Counted from the first letter of the stretch, positions 8,599 through 17,744 are shown. The stretch is DNA of 32,000 nt from Aeropyrum pernix K1 (GCF_000011125.1 NC_000854.2:450001-482000); one strand, 5' to 3'. Notes: a model not told the origin generated them from the sequence alone. Program-made: numbers and translations.

Positions 8599-9086
8599 CC
8601 GGGTGCAAAGCCGCGGCGAGGCTCGGGGTTGAGGGTGTATTTGTTGAAGAATGCTTCGACGGCAGTTACTGCAGAAACCTGGAGAGGATTGGCTACCTGA
8701 GGAAAGGGAGGCTCGAGCCCCTGGAGGCGGCTTACCAGGCCTCCCGGGGCATGCTGTGCATGGGGGAGACCAGAGGATGGGCGGCGGCTGTCGAGGTGAT
8801 AGCCGGGTTAGGCCTGAGCCTGGACACAGCTCTAGTCTACTTCGACCTGAGGAGGAAGGGTAGGAAGCCCTTGGTGGGGGTGAGGAGGGGCACCCTGGTC
8901 TACGAGCACGGCGGCCGCGTCTACGAGGTCCTCGTTCTCAGCGAGGGCTACCCACTGAAGATAGGAAGCCTGGTAGAGTGGAGCAGGGGGGCATCGATGG
9001 ACAACCACTCGCCCATAGTAGCCATAGTGGATAGGACTGGCCTGATAACCTACTACGAGGCTAGGGCTGTCAGGAGCATACAATAG
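8574..9086 (+). CDS. endA: tRNA-splicing endonuclease family subunit, probably the non-catalytic structural subunit
   Basis: 170-aa ORF. ALVYFDLRRKGRKPLVGVRRGTLVYE...PIVAIVDRTGLITYYE aligns by eye to the EndA C-terminal domain (M. jannaschii LVYKDLRTRGYIVKTG...RLYE...HSVRKKLLIAIVD..IVYY). The Lys of the SVRKK block is replaced by MDNHS and the His-bearing loop is shortened. Confidence 0.6.
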   Translation: MGKGEGEVAGCKAAARLGVEGVFVEECFDGSYCRNLERIGYLRKGRLEPLEAAYQASRGMLCMGETRGWAAAVEVIAGLGLSLDTALVYFDLRRKGRKPLVGVRRGTLVYEHGGRVYEVLVLSEGYPLKIGSLVEWSRGASMDNHSPIVAIVDRTGLITYYEARAVRSIQ

Positions 9087-9142
9087 GCCTCTCCAATATT
9101 TCACCGGCTGGCCGCTAATAGTATGGTTGGAGATGGCGTGTA

Positions 9143-10255
9143 ATGCGGGATATAGACCCTTCCCTGAGGCGTGAGATAGAGTCGCTCGAGAGGTTCCTCA
9201 AGGTTAAGCCTCTTTACTTCGACTTCGATGAGGGCGTGTTCGTATGGCTCGACACCAGGCTGATCCCATTCAGGGAGGTTTACCGGAGGACGAGTGACTA
9301 CAGGCGTGTTGCCAGGGCAATTGTGGACATGGAGATAAGGGGGGCCCCGGCTATAGGTGTGGCTGCGGCCTACGCGCTAGCCCTGGCAGCAGCCGAGGCT
9401 GCCTCAAGGGGTGGCGAGGGCTTTATCGAGGCTCTCTCTGAGGCTAGGAGGGAGATTGAGTCCACTAGGCCTACTGCTTACAACCTCTTCTGGGCGACGG
9501 CCAGGGTCTACGGCGCGGTATCCGAGGCTTTCAGGAGGTCGGGCGTGGACGCCGCGGTCAGGGCGGGGCTGGAGGAGGCTACCAGGATTTACGTGGAGGA
9601 TGTCAGGGGTAACGTTGAGATAGGCAGGGTTGGGGCCAGGCTTCTGGAGAGCGGGGACACGGTGCTAACCCACTGCAACACCGGGGCGTTGGCTACAGCG
9701 GGCTTCGGCACGGCCTTGGGGGTTATACGTTATGCGTGGATGGAGGGGAAGGATATAAGGGTTATAACGACGGAGACCAGGCCTGTGCTTCAGGGCGCCA
9801 GGCTTAACGTGTGGGAGCTTAGGAAGGAGGGTATACCGTTCAAGCTCGTAGTTGATAGTGCCGTCGGGCTTATAATGAGCCGGGGGATGGTTTCCAAGGC
9901 TATAGTAGGGGCTGACAGGATAGTGTCGACAGGCCACACAGCAAACAAGATAGGCACCTACATGGTGGCCATGGCTGCGAGTAGGCACGGCGTGCCGTTC
10001 TACGTGGCAGCCCCGGCAAGCACATTCCAGCCCGACGCAGGGCCTGAAGCCATAGTGATAGAGGAGAGGAGCCCAGATGAGGTTAGGGGGGTTATCAGCG
10101 AGGCGGGGTATGTGAGGATAACCTTGGGCGACGTAGAAGCCTACAACCCGAGCTTCGACGTGACCCCGCCAGAGCTAATAACAGCGTTCATAACTGACAG
10201 GGGTGTTATCGAGCCCCCATTCGACGTGAACATACGAAGGACCCTGGAAGACTAG
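9143..10255 (+). CDS. mtnA: S-methyl-5-thioribose-1-phosphate isomerase (eIF-2B alpha/beta/delta-like family)
   Basis: 370-aa ORF with MEIRGAPAIGVAAAYALAL, RPTAYNLFWA, THCNTGALATAGFGTALGVIR (catalytic Cys), ETRPVLQGARL, GADRI (catalytic Asp) and ANKIGTY. The N-terminal LDTRLIP resembles the MtnA LDQ..LP motif more than the ribose-1,5-bisphosphate isomerase form. Confidence 0.8.
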   Translation: MRDIDPSLRREIESLERFLKVKPLYFDFDEGVFVWLDTRLIPFREVYRRTSDYRRVARAIVDMEIRGAPAIGVAAAYALALAAAEAASRGGEGFIEALSEARREIESTRPTAYNLFWATARVYGAVSEAFRRSGVDAAVRAGLEEATRIYVEDVRGNVEIGRVGARLLESGDTVLTHCNTGALATAGFGTALGVIRYAWMEGKDIRVITTETRPVLQGARLNVWELRKEGIPFKLVVDSAVGLIMSRGMVSKAIVGADRIVSTGHTANKIGTYMVAMAASRHGVPFYVAAPASTFQPDAGPEAIVIEERSPDEVRGVISEAGYVRITLGDVEAYNPSFDVTPPELITAFITDRGVIEPPFDVNIRRTLED

Positions 10256-10282
10256 AATGGTTACTACCAGCCGCCGCCTTGT

Positions 10283-11257
10283 CTATGCCTCCGCACCACC
10301 GACTATGGACCCTGACGGCAGTCTTACCTTCGGTAGGGAGGCCTCTATCTCGCCTCTATACGGCTCGAGCCATTCTGGAAGCACTAGCCGCGAGCCAAGC
10401 CTCTCTACAGGCTCATCGACGGTGAATCCCGGTCCTATAGTAGCTATCTCGTATAGAACTCCCCCGGGCTCTCTGAAGTATATCGACGTGAACCACTTCC
10501 TGTCTATTACGGGCGTTACATTATACCCTCTTTTAACAAGTTTTTCTCTATGAACAGCCAGCTCCCTTAGATCCTTGACTGCAAATGCCACGTGGTGAAC
10601 CGTGCCAGCTCCCAGTCTACCAGGTGCAGCTTCTCTAGGACACAATAGCTCCACGACCCTGCCCGGCCCTCCTCCCCCAATAGTATATACCGCATACTCC
10701 TCTCCCTCGTCAGCCTTCTCGAACCCCAGTATATCCTCTAGGAAATAGCCGCTGGTATGACAGTCTCTAACCATAATCACCACGCTATAGAATCCCCGGG
10801 GGAAGTGCTCCTTAGGCACTCCTCCACCGCTCCACGGCTTAACATCTACATAGGATGGTCTATCGCTTGCTTGTAGAGATAAGCCTAAGCCGTCCCAGTC
10901 TACAAAATTTATTCTAACTCCCTCGCTATTCTCCTCCAAACCCAGCAGGGTAACGTTAAACCGCTTAAACCTATCAATCCAGTATTTAACAGAGTCTGGG
11001 TGTATCGTGTATATGATCCTAACTGCCTGGCCGTACCCGGGGACTCCTCTAGGTAGCCTGGGATAGGGGAAAAACGTCAAGTCACTCCCAGGGTTTCCTT
11101 CGTAATCGGCGTAGAAGAAATGGTATACATTGGGCTCGTCCTGGTTTACAGAGACTTTTACCAACCTGAGGCCGAGCACTTTGGTGTAAAAGTATATATT
11201 AGCCTGTGGGTCTGCCGAAAGGGCTGTTATGTGGTGTAAGCCCATTATGGACGACAT
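10283..11257 (-). CDS. VOC-superfamily ring-cleaving dioxygenase / glyoxalase-family protein (two-module)
   Basis: 324-aa ORF. The N-terminal GLHHITALSADPQANIYFYTKVLGLRLVK and a second GAGTVHHVAFAV module are typical of duplicated glyoxalase/extradiol dioxygenase folds. GC is clearly below that of its neighbours. Confidence 0.75.
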   Translation of the reverse strand: MSSIMGLHHITALSADPQANIYFYTKVLGLRLVKVSVNQDEPNVYHFFYADYEGNPGSDLTFFPYPRLPRGVPGYGQAVRIIYTIHPDSVKYWIDRFKRFNVTLLGLEENSEGVRINFVDWDGLGLSLQASDRPSYVDVKPWSGGGVPKEHFPRGFYSVVIMVRDCHTSGYFLEDILGFEKADEGEEYAVYTIGGGGPGRVVELLCPREAAPGRLGAGTVHHVAFAVKDLRELAVHREKLVKRGYNVTPVIDRKWFTSIYFREPGGVLYEIATIGPGFTVDEPVERLGSRLVLPEWLEPYRGEIEASLPKVRLPSGSIVGGAEA

Positions 11258-11499
11258 TGAAATCCTCGCCAGAGGCGGTGAATTTACTAGCGGTCGTTAT
11301 AACCCAATATATGTATTAACCTGTTACACTAATTTTGAGGTAAAGATCATACCTGACGGTGTAAAAGATGGCTGCATCACTTGCCGCAATGACGCCAGGG
11401 TTTGAGTCTTAACTCGCCTACTCGCCTAGTGTAGCCTATTCTTGGCGAGGCTGTTCTACTCCAATTAATATTATCCTTCTACCGCGACCATGCTAACAA

Positions 11500-12813
11500 T
11501 TGGAGGTGCAGGTTATGGCTTCCCCTCCTTGCACTACCGAGGAGCTCTCGCCTCCCCCAGGGGGTTCTCTAGTCGAGTATAGCGGCGGCAGCCTTAGGGT
11601 CCCCGATAACCCTGTTGTTGCGTTCATAAGGGGCGACGGCGTGGGCCCCGAGGTTGTTGAGAGCGCTCTAAAGGTTGTGGACGCCGCCGTGAAGAAGGTT
11701 TACGGGGGGTCTAGGAGGATAGTCTGGTGGGAGCTCCTGGCTGGCCATCTCGCCCGGGAGAAGTGCGGCGAGCTGCTTCCCAAGGCGACGCTGGAGGGTA
11801 TAAGGCTTGCCAGGGTCGCGCTCAAGGGGCCCTTGGAGACTCCCGTGGGCACGGGCTATAGAAGCCTTAACGTGGCTATACGCCAGGCGCTAGACCTCTA
11901 CGCTAACATAAGGCCTGTGAGGTACTACGGCCAGCCAGCCCCCCACAAGTATGCGGATAGGGTTGACATGGTGATATTCAGGGAGAACACGGAGGACGTG
12001 TACGCCGGTATAGAGTGGCCTCATGACAGCCCTGAGGCTGCGAGGATTAGGAGGTTCCTCGCAGAGGAGTTCGGGATATCGATAAGGGAGGACGCCGGCA
12101 TAGGGGTTAAGCCGATAAGCAGGTTTGCAACTAGGCGTCTTATGGAGAGGGCTCTCGAGTGGGCCCTCAGGAACGGCAACACAGTAGTCACTATAATGCA
12201 CAAGGGCAACATAATGAAGTACACTGAAGGGGCTTTCATGAGGTGGGCCTATGAGGTGGCGCTGGAGAAGTTTAGGGAGCATGTGGTTACGGAGCAGGAG
12301 GTCCAGGAGAAGTATGGGGGGGTTAGGCCCGAGGGCAAGATACTTGTTAACGACAGGATAGCCGACAACATGCTGCAGCAGATTATAACCAGGCCCTGGG
12401 ACTACCAGGTCATAGTGGCGCCAAACCTCAACGGCGACTACATAAGCGACGCTGCGAGCGCCCTCGTCGGAGGCATAGGCATGGCCGCGGGGATGAACAT
12501 GGGCGACGGCATAGCTGTCGCCGAGCCGGTTCACGGCACCGCGCCGAAGTACGCGGGCAAGGACCTGATAAACCCCTCCGCGGAGATACTGAGCGCCTCA
12601 CTACTGATAGGAGAGTTCATGGGCTGGAGGGAGGTGAAGAGCATAGTAGAGTATGCCATTAGGAAGGCGGTGCAGAGCAAGAAGGTCACCCAGGACCTGG
12701 CCAGGCACATGCCCGGGGTCCAGCCGCTGAGGACAAGCGAGTACACGGAGACGCTGATAGCATACATAGACGAGGCGGACCTGAACGAGGTCCTCGCCGG
12801 GAAGAGGGGCTAG
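11500..12813 (+). CDS. icd: NADP-dependent isocitrate dehydrogenase
   Basis: 437-aa ORF with YRSLNVAIRQALDLYANIRP, NLNGDYISDA and GTAPKYAGKDLINPSA. The N-terminus MASPPCTTEEL suggests the ATG at 11515 is the real start. Confidence 0.95.
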   Translation: MEVQVMASPPCTTEELSPPPGGSLVEYSGGSLRVPDNPVVAFIRGDGVGPEVVESALKVVDAAVKKVYGGSRRIVWWELLAGHLAREKCGELLPKATLEGIRLARVALKGPLETPVGTGYRSLNVAIRQALDLYANIRPVRYYGQPAPHKYADRVDMVIFRENTEDVYAGIEWPHDSPEAARIRRFLAEEFGISIREDAGIGVKPISRFATRRLMERALEWALRNGNTVVTIMHKGNIMKYTEGAFMRWAYEVALEKFREHVVTEQEVQEKYGGVRPEGKILVNDRIADNMLQQIITRPWDYQVIVAPNLNGDYISDAASALVGGIGMAAGMNMGDGIAVAEPVHGTAPKYAGKDLINPSAEILSASLLIGEFMGWREVKSIVEYAIRKAVQSKKVTQDLARHMPGVQPLRTSEYTETLIAYIDEADLNEVLAGKRG

Positions 12814-12904
12814 GAGGAAATATACCGCCTCTCCAGCAGCCTGGTTTAAAAACCATTCTCTCCAGCCAGGTCCTCAAAACGCCCGGGGCCCAGGCCCCCC
12901 GGCT

Positions 12905-14341
12905 CTACAGGGCGGGCGCCGGAGCCCCGGCGGCCGCGTAGGCTAGGGCGGCCGCGGCCAGGCTGTAGAGCGGGCTCGGAGCCCCCGGCCTCTGGAGTAC
13001 CGCTGCCGGAACCGGTATTAGCGGGGAAACAGTCATTATCAGGGACGCAGTGGCCTCGAGGGTGTCGAGGGGGACGAGAACCTGGCTGGCCTGCCAGGAG
13101 GCGCTCGCCTCCCCTATGACCTTCAGGAGTAGTATGGCTATTGCGGGGACGGCGACGCTGGCCGCCCCGAGTATCACGGCCACCGTTTTAGCCCTTCTGG
13201 CCAGGAGCCTAGACTCCAGTATAGTGTTGTACACCGCCTCCACAGCCTTAGACACCCCCGTCCTGCCAGCGGTTGTAGACGCGCTTATGACAACGTCCAC
13301 TACAGGCCCGGCAGCTTGCCTAGCGTTGGCGAGGTCCTCGCTGAAATCCAGCCCCGCCCTCGCCTTCGCCACAGCAGCTCCAAGACTCTCAAGGGCCCTC
13401 CTCTCGCGTATGGATTGCAGCCTGTAGCCCGCCTCCACGGCTACGGCGAGCGCAGCCCCGGCTGCGAGGGCGTGAAGGGGTGTTGCCAGTGCGAAGGCGG
13501 CAACCATGGCAGCTGGCGCCGCGTATGATGTTAAGGCGAGGACGGTGTTGCCGGGAGGCCAGCCTATTGGGGGTTTGAGGGCCGCGAGAAACAGGGCTAG
13601 GGCTGGTGAGGCTACCGCCGGGAGTAGCGCGGCGGCAGCGGCTGCCTGGGGCTCGACTAGTATTGCCATGGGTGTGAGTAGGAGGGCTGTGGAGACTAGT
13701 GTGAGGTTTATCTCTCCTAGGGACTGGGCGAGCCTGGTGTACGAGTCCCACTGCGTCTTGATAGCCTTCATGGTATAGTCTATTATATAGAGTGTCAGCC
13801 TGCTTCTCGAGAGGCCCAGCCTCTCTGCAGCTATATACTCCCTAAGCATCGCTCCGAGGGTTTTCGAGGGGGTGGTTCTGGCCAGCAGCCTAGCGGCAGC
13901 CTCAGGGTCGAGGCCGGACTTGACCATGAGCCTCAGCCTCTCAACCTCCCTCCTGGCCCACCTAAGGCTCGGGTGGTATGAGGCTAGCAGAAGGTCCGCA
14001 ACGTTCGATGCTATGGAGGAGTAGGGAAGCATGTAGAGGAGCAGCAGGGGCACCTCCCTCTCCACCATGCCGCCCACAACAGCCCTATACAGGGTTGGCG
14101 CCAGGCCCGCCGCTGCCGCCGCACCCCCCGCTAGCAGGGGCAGCCAGTATGGCGTGTATCCGGATAGCCAGAGGATTAGGCTGGCGGCCGCGAGGAAGGT
14201 TAGGGAGAGCATAGCCAGCAGGGAGTATCTGGATAGCCTGGCGGCGCCGGCCCCGAGCAGTAGCGGGTCGGAGAGGCTGTGGAGCCTTACGTGCAGCAGC
14301 CTACGGCCCCTCATCTTTAGTGCCGATAGCCTGGCTGCCAC
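12905..14341 (-). CDS. Type IV pilus/archaellum-type polytopic membrane platform protein (FlaJ/TadC, T2SS-F-like)
   Basis: 478-aa Ala-rich ORF with two cytoplasmic helical segments (EREVPLLLLYM...LRWARREVERLRLMVKSGLDPEAA and IRERRALESLGAAVAKARAGLDFSEDLANA), each followed by hydrophobic helices. It starts 4 nt downstream of the secretion ATPase gene. Confidence 0.7.
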   Translation of the reverse strand: MAARLSALKMRGRRLLHVRLHSLSDPLLLGAGAARLSRYSLLAMLSLTFLAAASLILWLSGYTPYWLPLLAGGAAAAAGLAPTLYRAVVGGMVEREVPLLLLYMLPYSSIASNVADLLLASYHPSLRWARREVERLRLMVKSGLDPEAAARLLARTTPSKTLGAMLREYIAAERLGLSRSRLTLYIIDYTMKAIKTQWDSYTRLAQSLGEINLTLVSTALLLTPMAILVEPQAAAAAALLPAVASPALALFLAALKPPIGWPPGNTVLALTSYAAPAAMVAAFALATPLHALAAGAALAVAVEAGYRLQSIRERRALESLGAAVAKARAGLDFSEDLANARQAAGPVVDVVISASTTAGRTGVSKAVEAVYNTILESRLLARRAKTVAVILGAASVAVPAIAILLLKVIGEASASWQASQVLVPLDTLEATASLIMTVSPLIPVPAAVLQRPGAPSPLYSLAAAALAYAAAGAPAPAL

Positions 14342-14345
14342 GGCT

Positions 14346-15770
14346 CTACACCCTACCGTACCTCTCGGAGTAGAAACGGGCTAGGGCCTTGTGGAACACT
14401 TCTGGCGGGGAGCCCGCGAGCTTCTCGAGCAATCCGGCCCTCTCGCTGAGCTCGGCCTCTAGGTCTGTTATAAGGTCTGGTATTCGGGATACAGCCTCTC
14501 TAAGCCTGAAGCTAGACTCCACAATATCGCGGGGGTTGTCTGGCGAGACCAGGTCTCCCTTGGGGTCCCACGCGAACACGTCGACAGCCTCGCCACCCTC
14601 TATCTCGGTTATCGAGACAACACGCCTCCTAACAGCCCCTCCATAGCCTGGGAGCCTCCTTAGCATAACGATCGCTCCTATGAGGCTGAGGAAAACCGGG
14701 GGGAGGCTTATGGGCTCCAGCTGTAGCCTCAGTATAACGCCCTCAGGAGTGTCGCCGTGCATTGTAGTCATGGAGCCGTGGCCGCTTGCAGCTGCTTGGG
14801 CGAGGAGCCTAGCCTCCCTGCCCCTCACCTCGCCAACTATTATATACTCCGCCCTCCTCCTAAGGGCGAACCTCAGCAGGGCCTCGAGATCCACCTCAAC
14901 CATGCTCTCCCCAGGCAGTGGGGGCCTGGTGACGAGGGAGTCCCAGTGCCTATTGTAGAGTCTAATCTCAGGGGTATCCTCTATAGTTATGACCCTGTAG
15001 AAGGGGGGTATGAGGCCGGCGAGAGCCTGGAGTAGAGTCGTCTTTCCACTCCCCATAGGCCCGGAGACTACTATGAACTGTTGGGACTCGACCAGCAGCC
15101 ACAAGTACGCTGCCTGGAGGGGGGTGAGAACCCTCGAGGCCACTAGATCAGCCATCGTAACAGGCTTCTCCGGATACTTCCTTATCACGAAGCTGCTGCC
15201 GAACCGCGATACCTCCCTCGAGAAGGTGACGGCGACTCTATGGCCCTCCCCCGTTAGCCCCTCGGCCAGGGGCTGGGCGAGGCTGAGGCTCCTCCCGGCC
15301 TTTCTGGCAAGCTGTAGGGCGAGGGAGTTGGCCTCATCCTCCCCCAGCTTTAGATCGACGTCTATCCACCTTCCCGGGACGAGGCTGTGTATAACCGAAA
15401 CACCCCTCCCGGGGCCCTCGAAGGCTATCTCCTCTATATGGCCGTCTATTATGAGCGGGTAGAGCCTGCCATAGCCGCTCATCCTCTTCTCGGCATGGTA
15501 CCTCTCTCCCTCCCCTACGGGCTCTATGTTCCCGGCTATGATCTCCTTCACAACAGCCTCACCAGGCTCGGGAGGCTCCTTGAAAGTGAGCCTAACCCCC
15601 TCGCTGTTGTCCCTGTAGAGATAGTACTCCACGGGCCCTACAGAGTATTTAGCCACAAGCCTCCACTCCTCTAGGCCAGCCCACCCCCGCCCGCTCTCCA
15701 ACTCTACATCCTGCTTGGCTGGGGTTTGACGCTGCTTGGCTGTAAAAAACCTCCTGATCACCTTTAACAC
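14346..15770 (-). CDS. Type II/IV secretion-family ATPase (FlaI/PilB/VirB11-like) of an archaeal type IV pilus system
   Basis: 474-aa ORF with Walker A (GPMGSGKTT), Asp box/Walker B (EYIIVGEVRGREA) and His box (GHGSMTTMHG). Confidence 0.9.
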   Translation of the reverse strand: MLKVIRRFFTAKQRQTPAKQDVELESGRGWAGLEEWRLVAKYSVGPVEYYLYRDNSEGVRLTFKEPPEPGEAVVKEIIAGNIEPVGEGERYHAEKRMSGYGRLYPLIIDGHIEEIAFEGPGRGVSVIHSLVPGRWIDVDLKLGEDEANSLALQLARKAGRSLSLAQPLAEGLTGEGHRVAVTFSREVSRFGSSFVIRKYPEKPVTMADLVASRVLTPLQAAYLWLLVESQQFIVVSGPMGSGKTTLLQALAGLIPPFYRVITIEDTPEIRLYNRHWDSLVTRPPLPGESMVEVDLEALLRFALRRRAEYIIVGEVRGREARLLAQAAASGHGSMTTMHGDTPEGVILRLQLEPISLPPVFLSLIGAIVMLRRLPGYGGAVRRRVVSITEIEGGEAVDVFAWDPKGDLVSPDNPRDIVESSFRLREAVSRIPDLITDLEAELSERAGLLEKLAGSPPEVFHKALARFYSERYGRV

Positions 15771-15794
15771 CCGGGGTCCACTCGCAGCCCTAGT

Positions 15795-16223
15795 CTAGGA
15801 CAGGCTAACGGGGGGCGACGAGAGCGTCTCCCCTGCATCGGTTGTGTAGACCAATGTTGCTGCGGCTGCGTCTGCGGGTAGTAGGAGATCTATGGTGAAC
15901 TTGTCCCCCGGTTTTACCGTTATGGTGCCGCCGTTCTGCGATAGATCTACAGTCTGCGGGGTGCCGTCCTGCATGTAGTATTTGACCTGGGTTATCGTTA
16001 TGGAGCTGCTGTGGCCGTTGACGCCTGAGAGGTAGACGAGCTTCTCAGTGTTGCTGACGTACACCGTGTTTGCATTCACTATAACACCCTCGCCGGCCGC
16101 CATGACCGACTCGCTGCTGGACATGAAGTACTCGTAGACGACGAAACCTCCTATTATGGTGAACGCTATCAGGATTATGGAGGCTACCAGGGGGGAGAGC
16201 CCCCTCCTGCTCCTTCCTCCCAT
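15795..16223 (-). CDS. Archaeal type IV pilin-like protein with a class III signal peptide
   Basis: 142-aa ORF. MGGRSRRG|LSPLVASIILIAFTIIGGFVVY carries a basic n-region, the RG/LSP prepilin-peptidase-type cleavage motif and a hydrophobic helix. It is the first gene of the pilin-ATPase-platform operon. Confidence 0.75.
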   Translation of the reverse strand: MGGRSRRGLSPLVASIILIAFTIIGGFVVYEYFMSSSESVMAAGEGVIVNANTVYVSNTEKLVYLSGVNGHSSSITITQVKYYMQDGTPQTVDLSQNGGTITVKPGDKFTIDLLLPADAAAATLVYTTDAGETLSSPPVSLS

Positions 16224-16278
16224 GTCTTCCAGCCTTGATCTAGTTTAGGGGGTGTTATACTCGAAGTCGTTTTAACGT

Positions 16279-16294
16279 CTAAAAATTTAAAAAG
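16279..16294 (+). promoter_or_regulatory. TATA-box-like A/T block upstream of dys, in the gap shared divergently with the pilin operon
   Basis: CTAAAAATTTAAAAAG is centred about 28 nt upstream of the TTG start at 16315. This spacing fits a leaderless archaeal promoter. Confidence 0.4.
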
Positions 16295-16314
16295 GGTGGC
16301 TTGGTGCGGCGGCT

Positions 16315-17247
16315 TTGGAGGAGGTTAGGGACTGCAGGCTGGAGGAGGGGCTAAGTGTAGAGGGGCTTGTGGAGTGCTACCGGGATATACACGGCTTCAT
16401 GGCAGGGCATCTGGCTGAGGCTGTTGAGGTCCTCAGGGAGGGGCTTGAGGCTAGTAGTGTGAGGGTGCTCACGTTCACAGGCAACCTCGTGGCAACGGGG
16501 CTGAGGGGGGTTTTAGCCCAGCTTATAGATGGCGGGCTGTTCAACGTGGTTTTCACAACGGCTGGCGCCCTAGACCACGATATAGCCAGGTTCATGGGGG
16601 GCAAGTACCTGAAGGGGCGTTTCGAGGCTGATGATACGGAGCTGCACAGGAGGGGTGTCCACAGGCTCGGCAACGTATTCATACCAGTAGAGAGCTACGG
16701 CCCCCTGGTGGAGAGGTTTGTGAGGACTCTCGCCGAGCAGGCGGCGGGGGTGAGGGGTGAGTGGGGCGTCTACGAGCTCCTGAGGCTGGCTGGCTCGCTC
16801 ATGGAGGGCGATAGAGACTCTATTCTAGCGGCGGCTGCCAGGAGGGGTGTGGACGTCTTCGTCCCGGGCTGGCCGGACGGCGCCTTCGGCACATCCCTCT
16901 TCATGGAGAGGCAGAGGGGCACAAGCATCACTGTAGACTACTTCAGGGACATGGCCCGCCTGGCCGACATATTCTTCCCCCAGGAAGGCGAGGCGGCTGC
17001 ACTGATAGTGGGTGGTGGCATCAGCAAGCACCACGCCATATGGTGGAGCCAGTTCAGGGGGGGCCTAGATTATGCGGTCTACGTGACCACTGCTGTGGAG
17101 TATGACGGCAGCCTCAGCGGGGCCCACCCGCGTGAGGCAGTAAGCTGGGGTAAGATAAAGGAGTCTTCCAGGAGGGTTGTGGTCTACGGCGACGCCACGA
17201 TAACGCTGCCAGTTATAGCCTACTGCCTCCTACACGGCTGCGGCTAG
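16315..17247 (+). CDS. dys: Deoxyhypusine synthase
   Basis: 310-aa ORF with FTGNLVATGLRG, TTAGALDHD and IVGGGISKHH, which are characteristic DHS NAD/spermidine-site motifs. Confidence 0.9.
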   Translation: MEEVRDCRLEEGLSVEGLVECYRDIHGFMAGHLAEAVEVLREGLEASSVRVLTFTGNLVATGLRGVLAQLIDGGLFNVVFTTAGALDHDIARFMGGKYLKGRFEADDTELHRRGVHRLGNVFIPVESYGPLVERFVRTLAEQAAGVRGEWGVYELLRLAGSLMEGDRDSILAAAARRGVDVFVPGWPDGAFGTSLFMERQRGTSITVDYFRDMARLADIFFPQEGEAAALIVGGGISKHHAIWWSQFRGGLDYAVYVTTAVEYDGSLSGAHPREAVSWGKIKESSRRVVVYGDATITLPVIAYCLLHGCG

Positions 17248-17744
17248 CCTCCTCGGCTGGCGCGGGATGCTATGAGGAAGTACTCTGGCCTGGCCGAGTG
17301 TCCGTGCTTGGGGGAGATATACTCTCTCACACCCTTCAGCTTAAGCCTGTAGACACACCTCCCCGGGGACACTATGCTGGTGTCGTAGCTTTTCTCGAAA
17401 ACGAGCTCCAAAACACCCCTTCGGAGCCTGTAGCTACCCTCGGCTATGAGCCTGTCACCCTCCTCCTCGTCAACCTCGATCTCCTCAATGGGGATTACTC
17501 CGTAGCTGCGGGCAAGGGTGTTGAGGCATTTGAACACCTTATCGTTCCACACGAAAAGGCTGATAGCCTCCCTCTCGTTGAGTACCAGCTTTATATGAAA
17601 CCCCCTCTCCCCGGCGTGATGCACAACCCTCATGTACCCGCTGGCCTCAACCTTCTCCAGGTCGACGAGCTGGAGCTCCAGTGGCTGGTCGCTTTCACCC
17701 TCCATCCTCGGCTTGTAGGGTATGACAGGATAAGCCCCCGCCAT
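17244..17744 (-). CDS. Hypothetical protein, no family recognised
   Basis: 166-aa ORF with balanced, charged composition typical of thermophile proteins. The competing + strand ORF (17298-17774) is Leu/Pro-rich and shadow-like. An A/T block (rc TAATTTACT) lies about 30 nt upstream of the ATG. Confidence 0.55.
   Translation of the reverse strand: MAGAYPVIPYKPRMEGESDQPLELQLVDLEKVEASGYMRVVHHAGERGFHIKLVLNEREAISLFVWNDKVFKCLNTLARSYGVIPIEEIEVDEEEGDRLIAEGSYRLRRGVLELVFEKSYDTSIVSPGRCVYRLKLKGVREYISPKHGHSARPEYFLIASRASRGG

Noticed and set aside
12814-12904. Direct repeat CTCTCCAGC (x2) and GC palindromes in the convergent gap after icd
   Set aside because: The repeat is a short 9-mer in a 90-bp gap between convergent genes. 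It is most simply part of the termination region and does not stand out above chance.
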